Positions 9,981-18,921 of a stretch of 64,000 nt of DNA are shown here, in pieces; the first letter of the stretch is position 1; every line of letters begins with the position of its first letter. The stretch covers positions 827,740-891,739 of the forward strand of contig JBAZBY010000001.1 of assembly GCA_041671225.1 (NCBI GenBank), written 5' to 3'. Origin of the DNA: Patescibacteria group bacterium (GTDB taxonomy: Bacteria; Patescibacteriota; Patescibacteriia; JBAZBY01). Position numbers and translations under genes: made by a program. The notes below the pieces were generated by a model, which searched no databases, was not told where the DNA came from, and worked only from the letters and a program-made list of their open reading frames with translations.

Positions 9981-11431
9981 AGAAATATCGGGTGCGCTTT
10001 GCACCATCACCGACCGGAGAGCTGCATGTTGGGAGCGCGCGTACGGCCCTTTATGATTATCTTCTTGCAAAACAAAGTGGAGGCGCCTTTGTTCTGCGCA
10101 TAGAAGATACAGACCAGCAGCGGTTGGTTGAGGGCGCACAAGAACGTATTTTTGAATCACTGCATTGGCTTGATATTGATCCTGATGAAGGGCCAGAACA
10201 AGGCGGTCCTTATGCTCCCTATGTGCAATCAGAACGTAAAAAGCACTACCAACAGGCAGCACAGGAACTCATTAATAAAGGCGCCGCGTACAAGTGTTTT
10301 TGCACCACGGAGCATTTGGAGCAGTTGCGCGCGGAACAACAAAAAGCAAAACAACCGCCGCGTTATGACAAACACTGTCTCGCGCTTTCTCCGGATGAGG
10401 CTGCAAAAAAACAGAGGGCTGGCGAGTCGTTTGTTGTACGGCTCAACGTGCCAGAAGAGGGGAGTACCTCCTTTGTCGATAAAATCCGTGATGTCGTGGA
10501 ATTTCAAAACAAGGAAATTGATGATTCTATACTGCTGAAGTCTGACGGGTTCCCCACCTATCATCTCGCTGTTGTGGTTGACGACCATGCAATGGAAATC
10601 AATCTTGTTGTGCGTGGCGAAGAATGGATCCCCTCAACGCCAAAACATTTATTACTCTATAAAGCATTCGGCTGGAAGCCGCCAGAATACGCGCATGTGC
10701 CGCAGCTTCTTGCAAAGGATAGATCAAAACTTTCAAAGCGGCATGGCGCCGTTTCAGTGCAGGAGTTTCAAAGGCAGGGTATTCTTCCCGAGGCGCTCGT
10801 GAACTACATGGCATTTCTTGGTTGGAACCCAGGAGACGAACGAGAAATTTTTTCTCTGGAGGAACTCGTGAAGGAATTTTCACTCGATCGCGTCATGAAA
10901 GGTGGTGCGATTTTTGATGAAGAAAAACTGCATTGGATAAATGGACTCTACATACGCAAACTCTCCAGTGAAGAACTTGCAACGCTTGTTATGCCATACC
11001 TCACTGAAGTCTTTAAGGCAGGGGATATAGCACGGTGTGATATGCAGAAGGCGGTTATTGCCGTACAAGATAGACTTGAAAAGCTTTCTGACGCCCCACA
11101 GCTCATGGATTTCTTTTTTGTCGCGCCACGGGATATCCCGCAAGATCTCCTTATTCATAAGAAACTCGATAGCACACAAGCAGAAAGCGGTCTTCGCTTT
11201 GCGCACAAGACACTCGCAGGACAAACGAGCGTTACGAATGCGGCAGCGCTTAAAGAAATATTCATGGGCGCCATAGAGACAGCAGGGCTCACTGTTATGC
11301 AGGTACTTTGGCCGATGCGCGTTGCGCTCACGGGCAAAAAGGCTTCACCAGATGTTTTTGATGTTACAGCAGCGCTTGGCAAAGAAGAAAGTCTGGCGCG
11401 CATCACAAATGCGCTTGGGCTATTGCCTTAA
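9977..11431 (+). CDS. gltX: Glutamyl-tRNA synthetase
   Basis: RFAPSPTGELHVGSARTALYDY (HIGH region) and KLSKR (KMSKS) motifs. Confidence 0.95.
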   Translation: MKKYRVRFAPSPTGELHVGSARTALYDYLLAKQSGGAFVLRIEDTDQQRLVEGAQERIFESLHWLDIDPDEGPEQGGPYAPYVQSERKKHYQQAAQELINKGAAYKCFCTTEHLEQLRAEQQKAKQPPRYDKHCLALSPDEAAKKQRAGESFVVRLNVPEEGSTSFVDKIRDVVEFQNKEIDDSILLKSDGFPTYHLAVVVDDHAMEINLVVRGEEWIPSTPKHLLLYKAFGWKPPEYAHVPQLLAKDRSKLSKRHGAVSVQEFQRQGILPEALVNYMAFLGWNPGDEREIFSLEELVKEFSLDRVMKGGAIFDEEKLHWINGLYIRKLSSEELATLVMPYLTEVFKAGDIARCDMQKAVIAVQDRLEKLSDAPQLMDFFFVAPRDIPQDLLIHKKLDSTQAESGLRFAHKTLAGQTSVTNAAALKEIFMGAIETAGLTVMQVLWPMRVALTGKKASPDVFDVTAALGKEESLARITNALGLLP

Positions 11432-11483
11432 TGTCAAAAACATGGTATATTACGTGACTGCGTGATATACTCTATACACAGGC

Positions 11484-12788
11484 ATGAAACAAAAGCAGTA
11501 CAATCACATATTCAAACACCCCAGGGATTGGGCGCATCTCATGCTTTATGCTGGAGTTGTTTTTGCCGTGCTTGGCGGAATAACGCTTGGATCATTCACC
11601 AATGGAGCCGCAGAAGCGCAGTCAGTGGCAGAAGGCCTCCAAGAGCTCAATCGAGAACTTGCTGATAAACGAAGCGAAATTCAGAGTATTGAGGATCAGC
11701 AGAAGGTATACAAAAAAACCGTTGAGGCAAAGCAAAACGAACAGCGAACATTGAATAATGAAATCGAAATTCTTGAGAGTGAGATTGCTTCAACCGAACT
11801 TGAGACGCAGCGCACAAAGCTGGAAATTGATTCCCTGAAGCTGGAAATTGAGAAGACGCAGGAAGAAATCCGCGGCCTTGCAGATGAGATTCTCACGAAT
11901 AAGGAACAGCTTTCTGAATTTGTGCAGCTCGCATACCGCAACTCACAAAAAACATATCTTGAAATAGCATTGCTGAACGATTCCTTCTCTGAATTTGTCC
12001 GTCAGGCAAAATACACTGAGAGTATTGAGGGACAAATGAAAAAGAGCCTTGATCGCTATAAAACCCTCAAGGGTGAGCAAGAAGCAAAGCAAGCAAGTCT
12101 TGAGGCAGGGAAGCAGGATTTGGAAGCACAGCAAAAGGCCCTTGCTGCCCAGCAAATTGCGCTGGATGAACAGTCTCAATATAAAGAAGCATTACTTGAT
12201 GAATCTCTTGTAACCGAAGAGAAGTATCAGGAACTCCTTAATCAGCTGCAAACAGAGCAGAACCGTGTTAACTCAGAGATATTCACCATTGAGAACCGAG
12301 TTCGTCAGCGCCTTGAAGAAGAAGGCGGCGACCCGCTTGAATCACTCGGTGAGCCAATTTTTGCATGGCCGGTTATGGCACTGCGTGGCATTTCAGCATA
12401 TTTCCATGACCCAAGTTATCCGTATCGCAGTATTTTCGAACATCCAGCCATTGATATCCCAGCGCCGCATGGCACAGCACTCAAAGCCGCGGCAGACGGC
12501 GTTGTTGCTATTGCACGCAATCTTGATTGGAAATCCATCAACGGTGTGAAGGTTTCCGCATACAACTACGTTACTATTCTTCACGGGGATGGTTTTTCTA
12601 CGGTCTATGGTCATATGAGTCGTATTGATGTTGCAGAAGGACAATACGTCACGCAAGGGCAGGTCATTGGTACAATAGGTGGAACACCAGGCACCGCAGG
12701 GGCAGGCACGCTCACAACAGGACCACATCTTCACTTTGAAGTGCGCATCAATGGATTTCCTGATGATCCGTTGAAGTACTTGCCATAA
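11484..12788 (+). CDS. M23-family metallopeptidase with N-terminal coiled coil (EnvC-like murein hydrolase/activator)
   Basis: N-terminal TM helix, about 250 aa of heptad-rich coiled coil, C-terminal M23 domain (HGTALKAAADGVV...GTGPHLHFEVRING). Confidence 0.85.
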   Translation: MKQKQYNHIFKHPRDWAHLMLYAGVVFAVLGGITLGSFTNGAAEAQSVAEGLQELNRELADKRSEIQSIEDQQKVYKKTVEAKQNEQRTLNNEIEILESEIASTELETQRTKLEIDSLKLEIEKTQEEIRGLADEILTNKEQLSEFVQLAYRNSQKTYLEIALLNDSFSEFVRQAKYTESIEGQMKKSLDRYKTLKGEQEAKQASLEAGKQDLEAQQKALAAQQIALDEQSQYKEALLDESLVTEEKYQELLNQLQTEQNRVNSEIFTIENRVRQRLEEEGGDPLESLGEPIFAWPVMALRGISAYFHDPSYPYRSIFEHPAIDIPAPHGTALKAAADGVVAIARNLDWKSINGVKVSAYNYVTILHGDGFSTVYGHMSRIDVAEGQYVTQGQVIGTIGGTPGTAGAGTLTTGPHLHFEVRINGFPDDPLKYLP

Positions 12789-12793
12789 CTTGT

Positions 12794-12828
12794 CCGCCGA
12801 AGCTGTGAAGCGGCGGTGGAATATTTTG
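12794..12828 (+). terminator. Intrinsic terminator after the M23 peptidase gene
   Basis: CCGCCG-aagctgtgaag-CGGCGG hairpin followed by tggaaTATTTTG. Confidence 0.4.
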
Positions 12829-12842
12829 CGACACATAATTTC

Positions 12843-13098
12843 TTATCCCCCTGTGCGAGTAGGGGAGTTTTGACGATGATTGACAGGAAATATCATCTGC
12901 GTTTATATAGATGTGCCTGATGATGTTGGCCGTCAGGTGTCAGATGCGTGCCGCAACGGCAACAGCTGGCCCATAACGCCAACGCCAGGTCCCGGGACGG
13001 ATCGCAGTCTCCTAAGAGGAGTGTTCTACGGAAGCAGTAGAGATCGAAGCGTGAGGCTCACCGTCCCGGGCTCTACACTCCCTTACTAGAGGGGATAA
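12843..13098 (+). ncRNA. Candidate structured ncRNA of about 255 nt; family unresolved (RNase P RNA or SRP/other to be tested)
   Basis: No ORF. 5' UUAUCCCC (12843-50) pairs perfectly with 3' GGGGAUAA (13091-98). A nested second helix pairs UAGGGGAG with CUCCCUUA. Internal hairpins GAUGAU...AUCAUC and CUCCUaagAGGAG. A 10-bp long-range helix pairs GUCCCGGGACGG with CCGUCCCGGGCUC. An intrinsic terminator follows immediately. Confidence 0.4.
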
Positions 13099-13105
13099 AG
13101 AAAGA

Positions 13106-13130
13106 CCCGCATTCAGCGGGCTATTGTTTT
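13106..13130 (+). terminator. Intrinsic terminator immediately 3' of the candidate ncRNA
   Basis: CCCGC-auuca-GCGGG hairpin followed by CUAUUGUUUU. Confidence 0.5.
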
Positions 13131-13138
13131 GATATATA

Positions 13139-13242
13139 GGCGTCGCACAATATACCTTTAGCGACGCAAGGTTTCTGTATTATTTCAGAAAAGACCCTTT
13201 ATGCGTTTTATAGGTGCCGCCGTCTTTCGTCGCTAAAGGTAT
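13139..13242. repeat. Inverted repeat (14-15 bp arms, 61 bp spacer) plus a local 7-bp hairpin
   Basis: ATACCTTTAGCGACG (13152-13166) is the reverse complement of CGTCGCTAAAGGTAT (13228-13242). The first arm is also part of a local GCGTCGC...GCGACGC hairpin. A 12-mer GTCGCACAATAT occurs at 13142 and again at 13422, directly abutting the ridA -35 box. Confidence 0.4.
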
Positions 13243-13435
13243 GAAGATGGCAAGGTATAAGAAAAGATATCAGGAAAGCAAAGTCATTACAGCATCATAA
13301 GATTAAATTCTCGAGATAACCTATACCAAGTTACCCCCTCCTGCCGTATCTCAGGTATTGATACTTATCTTTTGATCCAAACTCTACCTCCCCTCTTCAA
13401 AGAAGACAAGCGAGTCTATGTGTCGCACAATATTA

Positions 13436-13464
13436 TTGACGAAAAGTAAAGAAACTCATAAAAT
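13436..13464 (+). promoter_or_regulatory. Sigma-70-type promoter for ridA
   Basis: TTGACG-17nt-TAAAAT. A strong SD (AAGGAGA at 13501-13507) sits 7 nt upstream of the ATG at 13515. Confidence 0.45.
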
Positions 13465-13514
13465 GCGCACGAGTCATCTCATTTTGTTGACCTTTTCGGC
13501 AAGGAGACAAGGCT

Positions 13515-13919
13515 ATGCCTAGGAAAGAGATCCCGCCGCAAGCAGCAAAGCTAAAGGTGGTGGGGCCGTACTCAACAGTCGTGAAGTTCGGGGATGAGTA
13601 CCAATTCTCCGGCATTCTTCCGGAGATCGACCCTCAGAACGGTCATCCGATGGCGTTGGACTTCGAGACGCAGGTTCGGCAGGTGCTCGAGAAAGCGCGC
13701 ACGATGCTCGAGATCTGCGGACTCACACCCAACGACCTCTGGAAGGTGGATATCCGCTACATCGGCGAGATGGAGGAGTTCGCCACGCTCAACGCACTCT
13801 ACCGGGAGTTTCTGGAGGGAGTTGAGATCGCGCCGGCGCGCGTGGCCCTTCCGAAGCGCTGGATTCTGTTCGACGCCAAGATCGAGATCTGGTTCACGGC
13901 CGTGAAACAGACCACCTGA
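13515..13919 (+). CDS. ridA: RidA/YjgF/TdcF-family reactive-enamine/imine deaminase
   Basis: 134 aa matching the Rid family over its full length (GPYSTVVKFGDEYQFSGILPEIDPQNG...PARVALPKRWILFDAKIEI). Noticeably higher GC and different codon preference than neighbouring genes. Confidence 0.85.
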   Translation: MPRKEIPPQAAKLKVVGPYSTVVKFGDEYQFSGILPEIDPQNGHPMALDFETQVRQVLEKARTMLEICGLTPNDLWKVDIRYIGEMEEFATLNALYREFLEGVEIAPARVALPKRWILFDAKIEIWFTAVKQTT

Positions 13920-13954
13920 TTCGGTGGTGCCGGCCTGATCTGGCAACGTTCGTA

Positions 13955-13994
13955 CACCCTCCCTGGTTCCTCGGGGAGGGTGCTTTATTTATAT
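13955..13994 (+). terminator. Strong intrinsic terminator after ridA (possibly bidirectional)
   Basis: CACCCUCCC-ugguuccuc-GGGGAGGGUG followed by CUUUAUUUAUAU. An A-rich tract on the other side could serve the convergent minus-strand operon. Confidence 0.6.
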
Positions 13995-13998
13995 ATGC

Positions 13999-14337
13999 CT
14001 ATACAAAAGGGTTTGGAATGAATGGAAACGTCAGCGAGACAAGGTAGAGAAAAATGAGAATGCCAACAACAAGTGACGCAGCAGATGGGCCATTGTCCGG
14101 CTGCATCACAGAATTGCCGCGCTTGAGATGTGAAAGACTTTTTGAGCCTAAACTTAAACTAAGAAGAAAAATGAACCCGAAAAAAACGAGCCCAAAAACA
14201 ATGAAAAGATAATCACCATGCTTTGCTTCTTCCAGGTAACCGGAAATGATGAGATAAAGCGAAAGAATGCTCGACCCAAGCCATGAAACAGTGGAAATAA
14301 TGCGAATATTTCGTACTGATGAGGAAGATGTAAGCAT
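13999..14337 (-). CDS. Small hypothetical membrane protein (2-3 TM)
   Basis: 112 aa, hydrophobic segments, no recognised motif. Starts 12 nt downstream of ftsQ. Confidence 0.4.
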   Translation of the reverse strand: MLTSSSSVRNIRIISTVSWLGSSILSLYLIISGYLEEAKHGDYLFIVFGLVFFGFIFLLSLSLGSKSLSHLKRGNSVMQPDNGPSAASLVVGILIFLYLVSLTFPFIPNPFV

Positions 14338-14348
14338 ATAGAGCGTAT

Positions 14349-15407
14349 TTACTGATAATATACTCTCTCTCCAAAACGAATATCGACGTACGTCAGGTTG
14401 CGGCCGGTAAAGAAGCCCTCATGCACAAGCCGCTCTAGCTTTGCGAGTTGTTGATCCAGATTCTGATTTGAAAAGCGTATTTGGAAACTTTCTGTCTGTG
14501 CATACACTGTGCGGGTATTACGCGCAAGCTCTTCTTCACTGCACTCTGGCTCAGGCGGCGTAATGTTGACGTTCACGCGTGCATTGGTATTCATATTCGT
14601 TTCCTTATCAGTTGTTTCTTCCTCATTTTCCACCGTGGCATCGGCAGTTACTGATTCAGCATCTTCTTCTGGCACTTCCTCAAGCAATATCGCACACGAA
14701 ACCTCAGGGATCTGATACGCAGACGCAGACAAACTAAGCTCAGTGAACTTCGCATCCGCAGTAAGCACGGTTTGTGGCGTTTCTTGAATGATCGCAACTT
14801 GCCCAATTTCCACCGGGAAATCGTTGAGGTCAATGATATTCGGCTTGCTTGCCAGCTCTGCAGGAGGGTTTGCTGTGTCAAAAATGAGTTCCTGCACAAT
14901 AACGCCTTCTGCGTCGAGCAGATATGTTGTACCCGCAGTTGTCCAAAGCAATTCCGGTTCACGCTCCACAATCGTCACAATAAGTTCATTGGGGAACTTC
15001 TTTTGCACCTGCACATCCTCAAGCGCAATGGTCTCCCCTACTCGGGCGAGTAATTCTTCCGCCAAATATTTTTTGTTCAGTGTGAGATATTTATCCCGCT
15101 TCAAAAACAACCATGTGCGGCTTGAGAGGATATCCTGCGCAGTGCCTTCAATGAATTCCGGGTTTGCGCGGTTAATCCCCTGCACCGTGAGTTCCAGCTG
15201 AAATGAACGGTCATACGAAAACAAATAAAAAAGCCCAAGCGCAATAACAAACATTCCTGCCCCAACAAACAAACGAGATGAGACAACGCGCTCCTCGCCA
15301 CTATGCTCACGGTGAAAATACGGGTTCTCTTCCGGAGCCGGGGTGGAGGTGAAGCGTCGCTGCGTGTGCACACGGCGCCGCGGTCTGCGGTTAAACGGCC
15401 ACGTCAT
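14349..15407 (-). CDS. ftsQ: Cell division protein FtsQ/DivIB (POTRA domain)
   Basis: Basic cytoplasmic N-terminus, single TM (LFVGAGMFVIALGLFYLF), POTRA-like region (LTLNKKYLAEELLARVGETIALEDVQVQKKFPNELIVTIVEREPELLW). Conserved ddl-ftsQ order. Confidence 0.65.
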   Translation of the reverse strand: MTWPFNRRPRRRVHTQRRFTSTPAPEENPYFHREHSGEERVVSSRLFVGAGMFVIALGLFYLFSYDRSFQLELTVQGINRANPEFIEGTAQDILSSRTWLFLKRDKYLTLNKKYLAEELLARVGETIALEDVQVQKKFPNELIVTIVEREPELLWTTAGTTYLLDAEGVIVQELIFDTANPPAELASKPNIIDLNDFPVEIGQVAIIQETPQTVLTADAKFTELSLSASAYQIPEVSCAILLEEVPEEDAESVTADATVENEEETTDKETNMNTNARVNVNITPPEPECSEEELARNTRTVYAQTESFQIRFSNQNLDQQLAKLERLVHEGFFTGRNLTYVDIRFGERVYYQ

Positions 15408-15409
15408 TA

Positions 15410-16522
15410 TTATGCTTTATGCCAGTCGGTCTTAGGATTATACAACGTATATTTGCGCTGGCGCATTTTTGCGTCTTCTTCCGCATAGCGAATCAGCTCA
15501 TCAAGCAGTTTTGCATAGGGCATGCCCGCATACGCGCAAAGCTTTGCGTACATACTGATACTCGTAAAGCCTGGCATGGTATTGAGCTCATTGATATACA
15601 CGCGCTGCTTCTGCACAAGAAAATCCACGCGTGCGAGTCCGCGGCATTCGGTGATGAGAAATGCCTCGCGGGCAAGTTCCTGAATCTGTTTTTTCAGCTT
15701 TGCGTTGAGTTTTGCCGGAATGATCTCTTGCGACGCACCATCAACATATTTTGCATCGTAATCATAAAACTCATTACTGGGGATGATCTCGCCCGGTGGC
15801 GTGACATAAGGATGCATATTCCCAAGCACAGCTACCTCGATCTCCCGCGCGTTTTCAACACCCTGCTCAATAATGATCTTGGTATCAAATTTAAACGCTT
15901 CCTTAATGGCAAGGGTAAGCTCTGTGCTGTTGTGCGCCTTGGTGATGCCGACGGACGAACCCATGGCTGCGGGCTTCACAAAAACCGGAAAGGCGAGATG
16001 TGTGCGGAGAAGACGCTCGCTTTGTGCGGCGTTCTTCTTCCAGTGATACTCACGCAGCACCATAAAGTCCACCACCGGAAATCCTGCTTCAAGAAAAATT
16101 TGCTTTTCAACAACTTTATCAATATTAATCGCTGAACCGAGAATCCCCGATCCCACAAACGGTATGCCAGAAAGCTCCATAAGTCCCTGGAGCGCGCCAT
16201 CTTCTCCCGTGGTGCCATGTACAACAGGAAACACAACATCAAGCAGCACCTTGCGTCGTGCTGGACCAATATATATCCCGTGAAAACCCGGGTCATGCGA
16301 GAAGTGAACGCGATCCGTGTGACGCAGCGTTGCTTTTTTCCCGGCAAAAAGTTCATCAGCGGTTTTTCCTGTGTACCAATCCCCTGCTTGTGTAATCACA
16401 ATGGGATGTACAATATACTTTTTCTGAGAAAGCCCGGTCAAAATACTCCGCCCGGAAACAAGCGAGACATGATGCTCACCTGAACGGCCACCGGCAATAA
16501 CGGCTACGCGTTTTTTCTTCAT
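15410..16522 (-). CDS. ddl: D-alanine--D-alanine ligase
   Basis: MKKKRVAVIAGGRSGEHHVSLVSG and ATP-grasp motifs. Confidence 0.95.
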   Translation of the reverse strand: MKKKRVAVIAGGRSGEHHVSLVSGRSILTGLSQKKYIVHPIVITQAGDWYTGKTADELFAGKKATLRHTDRVHFSHDPGFHGIYIGPARRKVLLDVVFPVVHGTTGEDGALQGLMELSGIPFVGSGILGSAINIDKVVEKQIFLEAGFPVVDFMVLREYHWKKNAAQSERLLRTHLAFPVFVKPAAMGSSVGITKAHNSTELTLAIKEAFKFDTKIIIEQGVENAREIEVAVLGNMHPYVTPPGEIIPSNEFYDYDAKYVDGASQEIIPAKLNAKLKKQIQELAREAFLITECRGLARVDFLVQKQRVYINELNTMPGFTSISMYAKLCAYAGMPYAKLLDELIRYAEEDAKMRQRKYTLYNPKTDWHKA

Positions 16523-17616
16523 ACGATAATGCGTGGAAGTGATTCGCGAATACGCGTTGTTATTTCATAATTGATGGTGCCAGCATGTTTTGCCATTTCC
16601 TCTACGCTCACTTCTTCTTTTCCCTGCTTCCCGATGAGAACAACCTCATCTCCCGTTTTTACTCCAGGGATATGGGAAACATCAATCATCGTAACATTCA
16701 TGCAAACGCGTCCGGCAACCTTAGCGCGCTTGCCGCGCACAAGCACCTCTGCAGTATTTGAGAGCGCGCGATCAAAACCATCACCATAACCTATAGGAAG
16801 AACCGCCACCTTTCCTTTCCTCTTCATGGCGTAGGTCCTTCCGTAACCAATAGTGGTACCCGCAGGAACTGCCTTGGTCTGCAGCACTCTCGCCTTCCAT
16901 TCTAGCACAGGTTTTAGAGCAAGTGCACTAGCTGCCTTTTTTGTGGATTCTGAAGGCCAAAGACCATAAAGTGCGATTCCTGGACGAATGGCTCCAAAAT
17001 GGGCCTTAGAATAGCGCAGAGAGGCAGCTGAACACGCGATATGGCTTATTTCTGGCCTTGGAAGCTCGGTAAGTGCTTTTTTAAATCTGTGGATTTGCGT
17101 TGTCGTAAAAGCGCTCTTTGAGCCCTCAGAATCAGCAAAGTGACTGAACACCCCCGCAAGCGCTATATCCTTATGCTGTTGCAAAAATCGAGCAACGAGC
17201 TTAAGGTCGCGCGGCAGGAACCCGGTGCGCGTTGTGCCTGTGTCCACCTTAACGTGTATGTGTGCATGCTGCGCGCGACGCAGTTGTGGCAATTGCGCTT
17301 CGGTATACACAGCGAGATCAATCTGTTTTGCGGCAAGGTCAGGTATATCCTCAAAGGCGAAGTTTGAAAGTAACAAAATGCGTTCTCGCGGATAGACGCG
17401 CCGTAAAAGCAGTGCTTCATCTGTTTCTGCAACAACAAAACCCCAGCGTCTCTTTTTTGGGAGAGCGCGCGCAACCTGCAATAAGCCATGGCCATACGCA
17501 TTGCTCTTGATCACTGGCATCAGCAATATGTTCTCTGAAACAGCAGAAAGCAACGCTTCATAGTTCGCCTTGAGCGCTGCGCGAGAAACCTCCACCCACG
17601 TCACGGCATTGCTCAT
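16519..17616 (-). CDS. alr: Alanine racemase
   Basis: PLP-lysine motif VIKSNAYGHG. Overlaps ddl by 4 nt. Confidence 0.9.
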   Translation of the reverse strand: MSNAVTWVEVSRAALKANYEALLSAVSENILLMPVIKSNAYGHGLLQVARALPKKRRWGFVVAETDEALLLRRVYPRERILLLSNFAFEDIPDLAAKQIDLAVYTEAQLPQLRRAQHAHIHVKVDTGTTRTGFLPRDLKLVARFLQQHKDIALAGVFSHFADSEGSKSAFTTTQIHRFKKALTELPRPEISHIACSAASLRYSKAHFGAIRPGIALYGLWPSESTKKAASALALKPVLEWKARVLQTKAVPAGTTIGYGRTYAMKRKGKVAVLPIGYGDGFDRALSNTAEVLVRGKRAKVAGRVCMNVTMIDVSHIPGVKTGDEVVLIGKQGKEEVSVEEMAKHAGTINYEITTRIRESLPRIIV

Positions 17617-18920
17617 GCGACCTTGGGTTTGATGATCTTCGCACCAACGAACTTCTGCAAAGCCTTTGGGATCTTCACCGAGCCGTCTTTCTGTTGGTGA
17701 TTCTCGAGCAAAGCAATCAACATGCGCGGGCTGGCGATGGCCGTGTTATTCAAGGTATGCGCAAAATGCTTTTTACCTTCTGCATCTTTATATGAAATAT
17801 TCATGCGTCGCGCCTGCCAATCCAAAAGCATGGAATTCGAATGCGTCTCACCATACCCTTTTCGTGATGGCATCCAAGTGTTGATGTCATACATGCGGTG
17901 TTTGCCTGCGCCCATGTCTTCGGTGCACACATTCACCACTTGGTATGGCAACTCCAGCTTTTTCAAAATGCTTTTTGCAACTTCGAGCAACAGCAAAAAT
18001 TGCTTTTCTGATTCCTCAATATTCGCTTCACAAATAACAACCTGCTCTACCTTCCAGAATTCATGCAGGCGATACAAACCTTTTGTGTCTTTGCCGTAGC
18101 TGCCTGCTTCAGAACGATAACATGGCGTCATGGCACCAACGCGAATCGGGAGGTCAGCTGCAGTGAGTTTTTTGTCGGCAAAGTATGCCAGCAATGCCGG
18201 CTCTGATGTGCCGCCGAGGAACATATCTTCCTTCTCTTTCTTGCCACCAAATGCAGCAGCATTAGCAACTTGATACGTTTCTTCGCGGCCAAAGGGGAAC
18301 TGCCCGCTCCCCTGCAAAGCGAATTCGCGCAAAATTGTTGGCGGAATAATAAAATCAAAACCATGCGCGCGGAGTTCTTCCACGCCCAGCATCATGAGCC
18401 CAAGATGCAAAAGCGCGCCTTCATTCTTCAAATAGTACCCACGAAATCCGGATGTCTTCACACCTTGCTCAATATCCACGATATCCAAACTCACGCCAAG
18501 TTCAATATGGTCTTTTGGCGTGAAGGAGAATGTTGTCGGCTTGCCAACCTCTTCAACGATTGCATTCATCTCGTCCCCCCTGCCCACGGGCGTGTCGTCC
18601 GCAGGAATTTGCGGAACCAGCAGCATGAGCGCGTGAAACTCCTCCTCAAGCTTCAAAAGTTCATCCTCGCCGCGACCTCCATGCTCCTTGAGATTCTGCA
18701 TTGCCTCAATGGCTTTCTTGCGTTTTGTTTCGTCCTTTTCACTACCGATCAGTTTGGATGCTTCGTTGCGCTTGCTACGATACTCCTCAACACTCTGAAT
18801 AAGCATCCTGCGCTGCTCATCAAGCTTCAGGAGTTTCTCAACATCAAGTTTAATCGCCTTCTTTTTGACGGCGTCGTTGACCTTCTCTTTGTTTTCTCGA
18901 ATAAAAGCTATATCCAACAT
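17613..18920 (-). CDS. serS: Seryl-tRNA synthetase
   Basis: N-terminal coiled-coil arm and class II core motifs. Confidence 0.95.
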   Translation of the reverse strand: MLDIAFIRENKEKVNDAVKKKAIKLDVEKLLKLDEQRRMLIQSVEEYRSKRNEASKLIGSEKDETKRKKAIEAMQNLKEHGGRGEDELLKLEEEFHALMLLVPQIPADDTPVGRGDEMNAIVEEVGKPTTFSFTPKDHIELGVSLDIVDIEQGVKTSGFRGYYLKNEGALLHLGLMMLGVEELRAHGFDFIIPPTILREFALQGSGQFPFGREETYQVANAAAFGGKKEKEDMFLGGTSEPALLAYFADKKLTAADLPIRVGAMTPCYRSEAGSYGKDTKGLYRLHEFWKVEQVVICEANIEESEKQFLLLLEVAKSILKKLELPYQVVNVCTEDMGAGKHRMYDINTWMPSRKGYGETHSNSMLLDWQARRMNISYKDAEGKKHFAHTLNNTAIASPRMLIALLENHQQKDGSVKIPKALQKFVGAKIIKPKVA

Positions 18921-18921
18921 A

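Noticed and set aside
12843-13098. tmRNA or tRNA identity for the structured non-coding region
   Set aside because: No T-arm GGUUCGA/AUCC motif, no tag-peptide reading frame ending in a stop, and no cloverleaf. Left as an unclassified ncRNA candidate. A MITE-like element with ~25-nt imperfect terminal inverted repeats cannot be excluded; this is noted in the findings.
13572-13946. Long ORFs on both strands overlapping ridA (13572..13946 minus; 13594..13905 plus, alternate frame)
   Set aside because: Arg/Ser/Pro-rich translations typical of spurious open frames in GC-rich DNA. The RidA frame gives a full-length family match.
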